Below are positions 21,171 through 31,131 of a DNA stretch of 44,842 nucleotides, one piece after another. This stretch comes from an uncultured Bacteroidota bacterium (GTDB lineage Bacteria; Bacteroidota; Bacteroidia; Bacteroidales; DTGW01). The first letter of the stretch is position 1, and every line of letters begins with the position of its first letter. Under the pieces are notes generated by a model, which made no database searches, was not told the origin of the DNA, and worked only from the letters and a program-made list of their open reading frames with translations. A program made the position numbers and the translations under genes. Location: the NCBI GenBank assembly GCA_963726845.1, contig CAVSGB010000234.1, positions 1-44,842 on the forward strand. The letters run 5' to 3'.

Positions 21171-21534
21171 AAGAACACAAGCCCACGAAATCAATACCTT
21201 CAAAATTTTTAATTAGAAATTTACCGAACTGTTGACTAAAACATCCAATATTTTAATGAAAATAAGTAATATTTTTTGAAAAAACTAATAAGTAGCAACT
21301 TATTATGGTAAAACATTTTTCCAGAAAGGTCGTTTTGCACTTACCATATATTTAAACCAAAACTTGTGGGTTTGGCTTTTGGTGACCGGAAAAATGTCCG
21401 GATAATATTGTATTATGTTAAATCTTGCAGGTGCTTTTTAACTGCTTAAAATGTCAAATATTTCATTGCTAAACAAATAACTTCATATTGGCAGTTCGTT
21501 AATTCATGTAGTATTTTGATATCAAAAATTATTA

Positions 21535-21597
21535 AGCCACCAAAGCACCAATTAAATTCACTGAAGGCTTCGGCATTCACTATATTGTTACAAAAAA
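21535..21597 (+). repeat. Copy B of the same repeat motif (aagccaccaaagcaccaattaaattcactgaaggcttcggcattcact).
   Basis: Shares agccac.aaagcac.a ... tcac ... gaaggc with copy A. Confidence 0.4.
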
Positions 21598-21695
21598 TCA
21601 CGTTCATTTAACAATGCAATTTTTTGAACCTTAAATAATCATGTTAAAAGGTTTTTTATTATATTCATGGGTTTAATCTATAAAACAAACTATCT

Positions 21696-23746
21696 ATGAA
21701 CGAAACATTGACATTCTTCCTGTATGGATTAGCTGCACTGCTTTTCCTGATTATTTTCTTCAAATCATTTGTATTGGTCGGTGGAAAAGAAATTGCAATT
21801 GTAGAGCGAAAATACATTGGTAAAGGTATGCCACAAGGCAGGGTAATAGCAATAAGAAATGAAGTAGGTATCCAGGCCCACACATTTGGACACTGGTCTT
21901 CATTTGCTGATACCGTTTATTTATTCGGTAAGGAAATATCCTTTTTTTACTATTTCTGAAAAAGAAATAGGGATAGTAGAATCAATCGATGGTGATCCGG
22001 TTCCGCCCGGGCATATTTTTGCAAAAGTAGTGGAAGGCCATAATGCCTTTCAGGATGGTGAATCATTTTTAAAGAATGGAGGTCAGAAAGGCCCATCAAA
22101 TACAGATAATTGCCCCGGGGTTCTATCGCATCAACCCAATTCTTTTTTCAATGAGAAAGGTTCCCGTAGTTTTAATCGATAAGGGAAAAATAGGCCTTGT
22201 AACATCGATGGATGGTAACCCTATTTCTGCAGGGCGATTATTGGCAACCAAGGTTGAAGGACATTCAAATTTTGAAAATGGACAGAACTTTTTAAATAAC
22301 GGGGGACAGAAAGGCCCGCAAATTGATATTCTATTACCGGGAACTTACCGAATAAATCTTGACTTGTTCCATATTGAAATTCAGGATGCAACAGTTATTC
22401 CGGCAAAAAAGGTCGGACTTGTTACAGCGCTCGATGGAGAACCATTACCGGAAAATGAGTATGTGGCCAAATCGGTGCAGGGACACAGCGATTACCAGGA
22501 TGCTTCAAAATTTCTGGCTGCCGGTGGACAACGTGGCCCGCAATTCGATGTGCTAAGGCCCGGAACATACTACATTAACCCAATGATATTCAAAGTAGAA
22601 CTCGATGATGTGGCGGTAATTGAACGCGGACAGGTAGCCGTGGTAGTTTCAAATGTCGGGGAAGAGCCAAAACAGGTGCGAAACGCGATCGAAGAAATTG
22701 CAAAACAGGAAGGCGCTTCAGTCGGCAGCGATATTTATAAAAATATTGAAACCCGGTTCGAAAAAGGTATCGAAAGGTATGTTGTGCCTAAAGGTTTCAG
22801 GGGCATCCAGCAGGAAGTGGCAGGACCGGGTTTTTATTATCTGAACCGGAGGGCTTACATTGCTTATATTGTTGATACTACAAATATCACAATTGACTGG
22901 GACGACTCGAAAGAAACCCGTTTCGATCCACTGCGCGTTATATCACGTGATGGATTTTCAATTAGTGTGTCAGTAAAAGTAGTTATTCGGATAAGACCAG
23001 ATCAGGCTCCTTACATGGTAGCTAAAATCGGGTCTGTTGAAAACCTGATTGTCCATGTAATTCATCCAATGATTGATTCAAGTTTTCGCAACCAGGCATC
23101 TTCTACATCGGCAATGAACTTTATGCATGACCGGCAGGAAGAACAGAGAAAAGCTGAGTCGCGTGCCAAAGATGAACTTGAAAAATATCATGTTGAGTGC
23201 GTTTCGGTACTTATCTGCCAGATTAACCTCCCACAGGATTTGATGGATATTCAAACAAAAAAGATTATTGCACAACAACAGCAAACTATGTTTGAAGACC
23301 AACAAAGGGCTGAACAGACAAGAATTGCAATGGAGAAAACTCGTTCAGAGGCCGATCAGCAGAAAAACCTTGTGGAAGCAGAAATAGGGGTAAAAATTGC
23401 CGAGCAAAATAAACTGAAAGCCATTAAATATGCAGAAGGTGAAGCTGAAAGTATCAGGCTAAAAGCGGAAGGTGAAGCAAAAGGTATAAAGGCAAAAGGT
23501 GAAGCTGAAGGAACGAAAATTCTTGCAATTGGTGAATCGACAGCCAAAGCTTATGAATTGCAAAATAAGGCTGTAGGCCAGCAAGGTGTTACTGCTATTG
23601 AAATAGCCAAACAAATTGCTTCCGGAAATATTAAAGTAACTCCTGATTTTCTGGTTCAGGGAGGTGACAATATAAGCAACTTATTGTCAGCATTTCTTAC
23701 CAATGCCATTGCAAAGGGAAGGATTGACAGCAAAGAAGTGGAATAA
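21696..23746 (+). CDS. Flotillin/SPFH (band-7, YqiK-like) membrane protein with ~4 N-terminal tandem ~95-aa repeats. Interrupted by 2 frameshifts.
   Basis: N-terminal TM segment LYGLAALLFLIIFF. Repeat unit PG.YRINP..F......VI..GKIGLVTS.DG.P...G...A..VEGHS.F..G..FL..GGQKGPQ.D.L, seen 4 times across ORFs 21696-21959, 21886-22182 and 22076-23746. C-terminal flotillin coiled-coil with E/A-rich repeats (AEGEAKGIKAKGEAEGTKI). Confidence 0.65.
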
Positions 23747-23900
23747 CTCATTGTATATAGATTAAATTCCCTTCCGCTTCTTAACTTTAAATAAAAAAGA
23801 AGGTAAGGAAGTTGCCTGATTAGTAAAAAGCGAAGGTGTACCTTCTTATGGAACACCTTCGCTTCTTATGAGTATTCAATCCGTTATGAAAAATTTGGTT

Positions 23901-25130
23901 CTATTTCTTTATGAATATGCGCTTCAGGGTCGAATTGTCCTGCAAGGTAATTTCGATGATATAAGTGCCTTTAGCAAGATATGAAACAGAAACTGCATTA
24001 TTAAAACAAAATTGGTTACTTACAATTCTACCTTCAACTGTATAAATTTTTACTTTGGATACATTTCCAGCGCCCTTGAAATTTAGCAAATCATTAACCG
24101 GATTTGGATAAATGCTGAACTCAACTATTTTTGAATCATTTATATTTGTTATGGCGCTATTGGATACCGGATAAAAATATTGATATTGGTATGTGAAATA
24201 CCACGAATTGTCGAACTTTTCGTAAGTAGTTTTCTGGTCAATTGTTCCGTTTTGATTATACACATACACGTCTTGTACTGATGAAGGCCAGGCTTCAGCA
24301 AAATCAGCGGTCATGGTTGTTGTAACTGTAAAAAGGTTCCCATTCTCATCGTAAGTTATTTCCATTTTGTTTAAATAATCCAGTGATCCCACACTATCAA
24401 AACCTGAATAAGTATAATACTTTGATAATATCAATTGATTATTAACGAAGTTGTTTATGTAAACTGCTTCCCGGAACCAACTACTATCTGATCTGGAAGA
24501 ATATACTGTATCAATGCGGGTATAACTTGAACTGCTATTAGAATAGAAATATGCTGTTTTTTGAATTCCCTGAATAATATCCTGTTTAATTCTGCCATTT
24601 TCATAAACGAAATTTTCAGTACGACTTAAAACCCAGTTATTATCAACCGAATCATTTGTATTGTCAACAAAGACTTTATTACATTCTTTCAGGCCATCGT
24701 TATAACTAAATACGTGTTTTAATGAATATTCATCGTATTCAGCATCCGCTTCTGTTTCAACTATTGCCGAATCCAGCAGACCCTTTTCAGAATAGTAATA
24801 AACATCATTTTTAATATTCCATCCAAAATCTGATTTAACTTTTACAGTATTGTTACTTTTAGTAAAGTAGATTTTCGAAAGCAATTTACCGCTGTCATTT
24901 CCGATGAAATAGACTGAATCGGGAAATATCGAAAACAGGCTTGAATTCAATAAGTTATTCACATCAACAGGTGTATTTGTTGAACTGCTTTTAAGATCAA
25001 AAGCGCTGCTAACCTTTTGACCGGCCAATGTTGTTTCCATCGCCAAAATTTCTGTTTTCCCATTTTGTGGAAATAGGTTGCAAAATGGCAGGCATAATCC
25101 AATAATGGGTATTGTTAATTTTAGGTACAT
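23901..25130 (-). CDS. Secreted T9SS cargo protein of unknown function.
   Basis: Hydrophobic N-terminus, then a T9SS CTD (SIYPNPVNDLLNFKGAG...GTYIIEITLQDNSTLKRIFIKK). Confidence 0.65.
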   Translation of the reverse strand: MYLKLTIPIIGLCLPFCNLFPQNGKTEILAMETTLAGQKVSSAFDLKSSSTNTPVDVNNLLNSSLFSIFPDSVYFIGNDSGKLLSKIYFTKSNNTVKVKSDFGWNIKNDVYYYSEKGLLDSAIVETEADAEYDEYSLKHVFSYNDGLKECNKVFVDNTNDSVDNNWVLSRTENFVYENGRIKQDIIQGIQKTAYFYSNSSSSYTRIDTVYSSRSDSSWFREAVYINNFVNNQLILSKYYTYSGFDSVGSLDYLNKMEITYDENGNLFTVTTTMTADFAEAWPSSVQDVYVYNQNGTIDQKTTYEKFDNSWYFTYQYQYFYPVSNSAITNINDSKIVEFSIYPNPVNDLLNFKGAGNVSKVKIYTVEGRIVSNQFCFNNAVSVSYLAKGTYIIEITLQDNSTLKRIFIKK

Positions 25131-25595
25131 AATTAGGTGTTTTAAGTTAATAGTAATTCACGAAACTACTCTTGTTTTATAATTGACAATTAATTTTAAA
25201 CTTACCACTATAGCTAAATTCTCATTACAATTTATTTTTTTCGGATTTATTGTTTAGCAAAATTATTGTCTGATTCTTAAATAGAGTCACTTAGGGCATT
25301 AAAATTTAATTTTCAGAGGTACCTGTTATTCTATTATTTATAGAGGATGTTCCATAAGTCAATTTCAAAAATTGGTCACAAAGAATATTTAACACGTTAT
25401 TAACACTTTGAAAACTTTGAATGAATTCTAAGTGCCAAAATAAACTTTTGCTTAAGCCTATTTAGGGTTTGCTGATTTTTTCATTAAATTATGAAATACA
25501 GCATATTACAAGAATAATATTATTTTTGGATACAAATAATTTTAGATGAAACACTCAAAACATATGCACCTTTTTTTTCTTTGTTACCTTTTTAT

Positions 25596-25790
25596 TCGCT
25601 ATCGCTCATGAGAACACTTCGTTTAGTTGTCGTCACAAAAAGGTAACCCAAAAAAGACTTAACGAAATGAACTCGCACCGTCTCGAAGTTATTCGCTGCG
25701 CTCATGAGACCGCCTTCGGCTTAGTTCCTCGACTTTGCTCAGACAGCATTTAACTTCGTTGACAACGCTTCGCTTAGTTCGTTTATATGG
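25596..25790. repeat. GC-richer island holding a 27-bp direct repeat (tcgct.(t/g)cgctcatgaga...cttcg, at ~25596 and ~25694) and three degenerate copies of cttcg(g)(c)ttagtt(c/g) at ~25611, ~25708 and ~25757.
   Basis: Seen directly. No ATG-initiated ORF is present. It lies between the RND-1 3' end and the T9SS gene 5' end. Confidence 0.35.
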
Positions 25791-25933
25791 AATTTCTGTT
25801 TCATGCTTCGCAATCTTCTAATCGAAACTTTTGAAAATATTCATTTCGTTGGCTTATTCAACAGCCCTTATTTAGGATGATATTTTAATAGCGAAATTTT
25901 ATAACCAAAAAATATTGATAAATAGTTGCCCTT

Positions 25934-28900
25934 TCAGGCTTTTTTATAAACCGCCTTAAAAATAATCGGGAAAATAAAGAGTGTCAATATTGTTGCAGTT
26001 ATCAGTCCTCCAATAACTACTATTGCCAAAGGCTTTTGAGATTCAGAACCAATTCCGGTTGACATAGCAGCCGGCATCAGGCCTATAGCAGCCATCAAAG
26101 CGGTCATAATAACAGGCCGTATCCTCGAAATTACACCATTTAGTATGGCTTCATCTATTTGCATTTTTAGCTCGATGTTTTTCTTGAAAATAGAGGTTAA
26201 AATAACCCCGTTCTGGACACAAACCCCAAACAAAGCAATAAACCCAACCCCGGCAGAAATCCCAAAGAAGACACCTGTTATATGAAGCGCTATTATTCCA
26301 CCGATAAGGGCAAATGGTACATTTAATAATACCAATCCGGCATCTTTGGCATTTCCAAAAGTCATAAACAAAAGGATAAAAATAAGTACAAGGCATAAAG
26401 GTACTACTTGGGCCAGTCGGTTTGTTGCCCTTACCTGGCTTTCAAATTCTCCAGTCCATACAATTGAATATCCTTTAGGAAATTTCACAAATTTATTGAC
26501 ATTGTTTTGCGCTTCTTTGATCGTACTTCCTAAATCCCTGTCCCTGACAGTAAATTTTACTGCGATCAAACGTTTATTCAGATCGCGGTAAATAAAAGCC
26601 GAACCAGTTTCTTTTTTTATGATTGCAATTTCTTTCAATGGCACTTTTGTACCCCTGATCGTAGGAATCAAAATATTTTGGATGTCATTTTCATCTTTAC
26701 GATAATCTTTTGGATAACGTATACGGATATCAAATTTCTTTTCCCCATCGTACAACTGTGTGGCAGCTTTGCCACCAATTGCCATTTCGATAATTGCCTG
26801 GCATTGTTCTTTTACTATTCCATAAGCTGCCAGTTTATGCTCATCTAGATCGATGGTTAATTCGGGTTGCCCAATATTTTTTAGAATACCTGCTTCTCTG
26901 ATTCCCCTTACATTTTTAATAGCGTTTAGGACATTCTTTGAAAGAGAATCAAGAATTATTAAATTATCACCAAATATTTTTACAGCATTGTTGCAGTTAA
27001 GCCCTGCAACAGCTTCTTCAACATTGTCCCTGATTGGTTGAGAGTAATTGAAATCTATGCCCTGAAATTGTCTCAGATTAACATCCATTTCATCTATAAG
27101 CTGGTCAGTAGAAATGTGCCGTTTCCATTTTTCTTTCGGGTAAAGGTTTACACATGCCTGGTTCAGATAAAAACCAGAAGGATCGGTTCCATCGTTAGAT
27201 CGGCCTGTTTGAGACAATACACTTTGAACTTCGGGGAAACTCAATATTATCTCCCTGATTTTGTGTTCCAGCGTCACTGTTTCCTGCAATGACATGCTCA
27301 TCGGCATTTTCGCTTCAACCCATAAAGCTCCTTCATTTAAAGGAGGCAGGAATTCAGTACCAAGAAATTTAAAAGAGTAAATACTCAGTATCATTATGAT
27401 TATAGCAATAATTAAACTTACTCTTTTATTGGCATAAGTAATCTTGAAGAAACCAACCGCATATTTATTGATAAACCCGACGACAGGATTGTTTCTTTCC
27501 CTGACATTTTTATTGAATAACCAACTCGACAATACTGGCACTAATGTCAATGTGAAAATTAATGCACCTAACAAGGCAAAACCAAGCGTATAAGCCAAAG
27601 GTGAGAAGATTTTCCCTTCGACCCTTTGAAAAGCAAAAATGGGTATAAGGGCAGTAATGATAATCAGTTTTGAAAAGAAAATAGCTTTTGCCATTTCTCC
27701 ACCAGTGCCCTTTATTATCCCCAGCTTTGATAGTAAATTATATTTGGGCATTCCAACTTGTTTTGCCTTATGGTCGAGGGCTACAAACAATGCTTCGACC
27801 ATCACCACGGCGCCATCTATAATTATCCCAAAATCGATTGCCCCCATTGAAATTAAATTAGCCGACATGCCTTTAATTTTCATGCAGATAAATGCAAAAA
27901 GCAATGATAAGGGTATTATCATCGATACAATTATGGTTGCCCTTAAATCGGCCATAAAGAGAAATACGATTAATGTTACCAGGATAATACCTTCTAACAG
28001 GTTTCCAAGAACAGTTTTTGTACAAAAATTAATAAGATTGTCCCTGTCATAAAATGCAACTAATTTTATGTCAGATGGAAGTATTTTTGTGTTTAATTCG
28101 TTTACTTTTTCCTTGACATTGGTCAGTACTTCATGAGGATTTAGCCCTTTTCGCATCACAACAATCCCCTCGATTATATCATCGTTTTTATCTAATCCTC
28201 CTTGTCCAACTCTTGGCAATGAAGATATAGTTACCTCTGCAACATCTTTAACTGTAATAGGCGTGTCGTCAATATTGTCCACAACAATATCCCCCATTTC
28301 CTCAATATTGTTTATTAACCCGATACCCCTGACAACATAAGCCTGTCCGTTTTTTTCAATGACATCGCCACCAACATTCAGGTTACTTTTTGCAACGGCA
28401 TTATACACATCTAATGCCGAGATATTATATTTTTCAAGCAAGCCGGGATTAACATTTACTTCGAAAACTTTTTGCTGTCCCCCAAAAGTTACAACATCGG
28501 CAACTCCCGAAACACTTAATAATTGCCTACGGATAACCCAATCCTGGTAAGTAAGCAAATCCCGTGAATCCCTGTTTTTACCTTTCAGAGAGTAGCGAAA
28601 TATTTCACCTGTCGGGCCGTAAGGTGGTTCAACCTCGGCCTCTGCACCTTCAGGCATTGATACAGTTGCAATGGCATTATTTACCTGTTGCCGTGCAAAA
28701 AAATCTTCAACATCATCTTCAAATAGTATAGTTATTACAGACAAACCAAACATAGAAATAGAGCGGACATTTGTCTTTTTCTGAACCGATGTCATTGCTA
28801 TCTCTAAAGGGACAGTTACGAAACGCTCTACTTCTTCAGCGCTCCTGCCCCTCCATTGCGATACAATTATTATTTGTGTATTCGTGAAATCAGGAAATGC

Positions 28901-29020
28901 TTCAATAGGCGTATTCTTATAACTGACAATTCCTGTAACAATAAGTATTATTGTAAGAAAATATATGAAGAACTTGTTTTTTAAAGAAAAAGAAACAATA
29001 TTTTTGGCAAAATTATTCAT
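25934..29020 (-). CDS. Efflux RND transporter permease subunit, CusA/CzcA (HME-like) family: RND-1.
   Basis: 1028 aa, 12-TM architecture. N-terminal block NTPIEAFPDFTNTQIIIVSQWRGRSAEEVERFVTVPLE. TM4 motif AIDFGIIIDGAVVMVE. Paralogous to RND-2 at 36887-39997. Confidence 0.85.
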   Translation of the reverse strand: MNNFAKNIVSFSLKNKFFIYFLTIILIVTGIVSYKNTPIEAFPDFTNTQIIIVSQWRGRSAEEVERFVTVPLEIAMTSVQKKTNVRSISMFGLSVITILFEDDVEDFFARQQVNNAIATVSMPEGAEAEVEPPYGPTGEIFRYSLKGKNRDSRDLLTYQDWVIRRQLLSVSGVADVVTFGGQQKVFEVNVNPGLLEKYNISALDVYNAVAKSNLNVGGDVIEKNGQAYVVRGIGLINNIEEMGDIVVDNIDDTPITVKDVAEVTISSLPRVGQGGLDKNDDIIEGIVVMRKGLNPHEVLTNVKEKVNELNTKILPSDIKLVAFYDRDNLINFCTKTVLGNLLEGIILVTLIVFLFMADLRATIIVSMIIPLSLLFAFICMKIKGMSANLISMGAIDFGIIIDGAVVMVEALFVALDHKAKQVGMPKYNLLSKLGIIKGTGGEMAKAIFFSKLIIITALIPIFAFQRVEGKIFSPLAYTLGFALLGALIFTLTLVPVLSSWLFNKNVRERNNPVVGFINKYAVGFFKITYANKRVSLIIAIIIMILSIYSFKFLGTEFLPPLNEGALWVEAKMPMSMSLQETVTLEHKIREIILSFPEVQSVLSQTGRSNDGTDPSGFYLNQACVNLYPKEKWKRHISTDQLIDEMDVNLRQFQGIDFNYSQPIRDNVEEAVAGLNCNNAVKIFGDNLIILDSLSKNVLNAIKNVRGIREAGILKNIGQPELTIDLDEHKLAAYGIVKEQCQAIIEMAIGGKAATQLYDGEKKFDIRIRYPKDYRKDENDIQNILIPTIRGTKVPLKEIAIIKKETGSAFIYRDLNKRLIAVKFTVRDRDLGSTIKEAQNNVNKFVKFPKGYSIVWTGEFESQVRATNRLAQVVPLCLVLIFILLFMTFGNAKDAGLVLLNVPFALIGGIIALHITGVFFGISAGVGFIALFGVCVQNGVILTSIFKKNIELKMQIDEAILNGVISRIRPVIMTALMAAIGLMPAAMSTGIGSESQKPLAIVVIGGLITATILTLFIFPIIFKAVYKKA

Positions 29021-29035
29021 GAGAATATTTATAAA

Positions 29036-30124
29036 TTAATCTGTAAACTGGTCATAGATTAGTAAATTATTTTTAACTATAATATTTTCACCAGGTTCTA
29101 ATCCGGAACTTATGTAAGTTTTTTCATTCACAAGTTTATAAATATTAATCTCCCTTATTTCCATATCGCATTTACTTTTATACACGATAACATAATTTTT
29201 GCTATTATCAAAAATGACAGCTTTTGAAGGTATGGCAAGCTTTTTAATATCCTCTGCATAATGCATGACAACATTTGCATACATGCCAGGTTTTAGCTTA
29301 TAATTTTTATTTTCAATTTTAATTCTTACTTTCATTACTTTGGTAATAGGATCGAGAATATCATATATTTTATCCACTTTGCCTTTAATAACATAATCCG
29401 GATAACTCAGCGTAGTAACTTCTACCTCATAATTTTGCTGAACTTTTGAAATATCAGTTTCAAAGACATTGGCCATTACCCAAACATTTTTTAAATCTGA
29501 GATTATAAACAGGATATCGGAATTATCAGGCCTTAATTGCATATTTGTATTAACCATTTTATCAACAATAACACCATTAAATGGGGCTTTAACATAATAA
29601 TCGGCTTTGCCGCTTCCTCCATAAACACTGGAAATATTAGTTGCTTTATCGAGAATGGATTTGGCTTTCTGTAATTCTTTCTGGGAAGTAATATATTCTT
29701 TCTCTGAAGCAATTCCACCTTTGTACATATCTTCGACGGCTTTAAAATTCTTTGATGCTATATCGTAATCAGATTGTGAAGCATTTACATCATTATCTAT
29801 TCCTGCCATCTCAGAGCTCTTTATGACTGCGAGTACCTGGCCTTTTTCAACATGGTCGCCAATTCCGGCTTTAACATCTGTTACAGTACCGCTTACAATA
29901 GGATAAACCTTAATAACTTTTTCTTCATCATAAGTTACTTTCCCGGTTAGCCTTAACTCATTTTCAACAGTCTCAGTATTCACTTTATAGGTTGTCATTG
30001 TTTTCTCCATTAAATCAGTTAGGCAGTTTTGTTTATTTTCAGTCTGATTTTTTTTGGGTGTACACCCTAAATAACTGAGAAGAAGAATTATTATTAGAAA
30101 ATTTATCGGCGTTTTCATATTCAT
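29036..30124 (-). CDS. Efflux RND periplasmic adaptor (membrane fusion protein, HlyD/CzcB family), lipoprotein: MFP-1.
   Basis: Lipobox LSYLGC. Biotinyl-lipoyl-like, beta-barrel and MP domains typical of RND MFPs. Lies immediately upstream of RND-1 in the same orientation. Confidence 0.8.
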   Translation of the reverse strand: MNMKTPINFLIIILLLSYLGCTPKKNQTENKQNCLTDLMEKTMTTYKVNTETVENELRLTGKVTYDEEKVIKVYPIVSGTVTDVKAGIGDHVEKGQVLAVIKSSEMAGIDNDVNASQSDYDIASKNFKAVEDMYKGGIASEKEYITSQKELQKAKSILDKATNISSVYGGSGKADYYVKAPFNGVIVDKMVNTNMQLRPDNSDILFIISDLKNVWVMANVFETDISKVQQNYEVEVTTLSYPDYVIKGKVDKIYDILDPITKVMKVRIKIENKNYKLKPGMYANVVMHYAEDIKKLAIPSKAVIFDNSKNYVIVYKSKCDMEIREINIYKLVNEKTYISSGLEPGENIIVKNNLLIYDQFTD

Positions 30125-30383
30125 AATATCTGATATTTCATTAAACCTAAATTGCGGCTCAATTTAATGAAAAAAATCTGTATTTTTTTAATCCATTAAA
30201 TTTAAAGAATAGATAACGTGTAATTGCTTATTTTTCTTGCACAATGCCTTATATAAAACAAAATTTATTTGACTATATGTTTACAGAAAAGGTACATGAC
30301 TTGCAGTTTAAATCCCAGAAAAGGATTTCTTTACATAACGTTATAACATAATAAATATAATGAGCCAAATTATAAATCCCGAT

Positions 30384-31127
30384 TTAAAGGACTTTAAGAA
30401 CAATTGCTGCTAAAGCATTATAATCTTTATTAAAATGATGGTCACCAGGAAGCATTTCAACCTTAATGCCCGGAATAGAAAAATGCTTTATTAACTTAGT
30501 TTCTTCTTCCTTGCCAAAAATACAAATCGGGTTCAATGTCTTAATTTTTTTCAATTCGCCTAATACGTCATACTTTTCTTTGGTATTTATATTTAACATA
30601 TCTGAAATATGCACTTCAAAATCACAGAATTCATCAGGTGAGAAACAATAAACCCCTTTTAAATTTTCTTTTAATGTATTAGAGAAATTATCAGCAATAA
30701 AAGGTGCCACACAAGCCCCAAAAGAATACCCGATTAATACAAATGAGTTTATATTCCATTTTTTCATGTATTGTAAAATGGCTTCTGATATTTCATCTGC
30801 AACTTTTTTTGGCTGTTTCTCGTTCCAGAAATATTTTTGAGCATTAAGCCCTATGACGGACATTCCTTTGCCAACAAATTTCTCGCACAATGTTTGGTCA
30901 AAACTTCTCCAGCCGCCATCACCGGAAATAAAAAATGCGAGGGGTAACTTTTCTTTATTATTCGAAGGAAAAAGGACCAAAGGTAAATTACTTTTCAGGG
31001 CAACTTTGGCTGGTTGAATAATAGCAACTTCCGGAAGAGTATAATGAATTATGTTATTTAAGTTTTTTGCCTGTGCATGTAATCCAAAAATAAAAATATT
31101 AATTAAAACATATATCAGTTTCATCAT
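30384..31127 (-). CDS. AcvB/VirJ-family alpha/beta hydrolase (aminoacyl-phosphatidylglycerol hydrolase-like), secreted.
   Basis: Signal peptide. GxSxG nucleophile elbow in the VirJ-type context LIGYSFGACV. ~250 aa. Lies 4 bp downstream of mprF on the same strand; this pairing matches the lpiA-acvB (mprF-virJ) operon arrangement described in Rhizobium and Agrobacterium. Confidence 0.6.
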   Translation of the reverse strand: MMKLIYVLINIFIFGLHAQAKNLNNIIHYTLPEVAIIQPAKVALKSNLPLVLFPSNNKEKLPLAFFISGDGGWRSFDQTLCEKFVGKGMSVIGLNAQKYFWNEKQPKKVADEISEAILQYMKKWNINSFVLIGYSFGACVAPFIADNFSNTLKENLKGVYCFSPDEFCDFEVHISDMLNINTKEKYDVLGELKKIKTLNPICIFGKEEETKLIKHFSIPGIKVEMLPGDHHFNKDYNALAAIVLKVL

Positions 31128-31131
31128 TTCA

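Noticed and set aside
25596-25790. Possible CRISPR array
   Set aside because: Only 2-3 degenerate repeat copies with irregular spacing and no cas genes. Reported as a repeat island instead.
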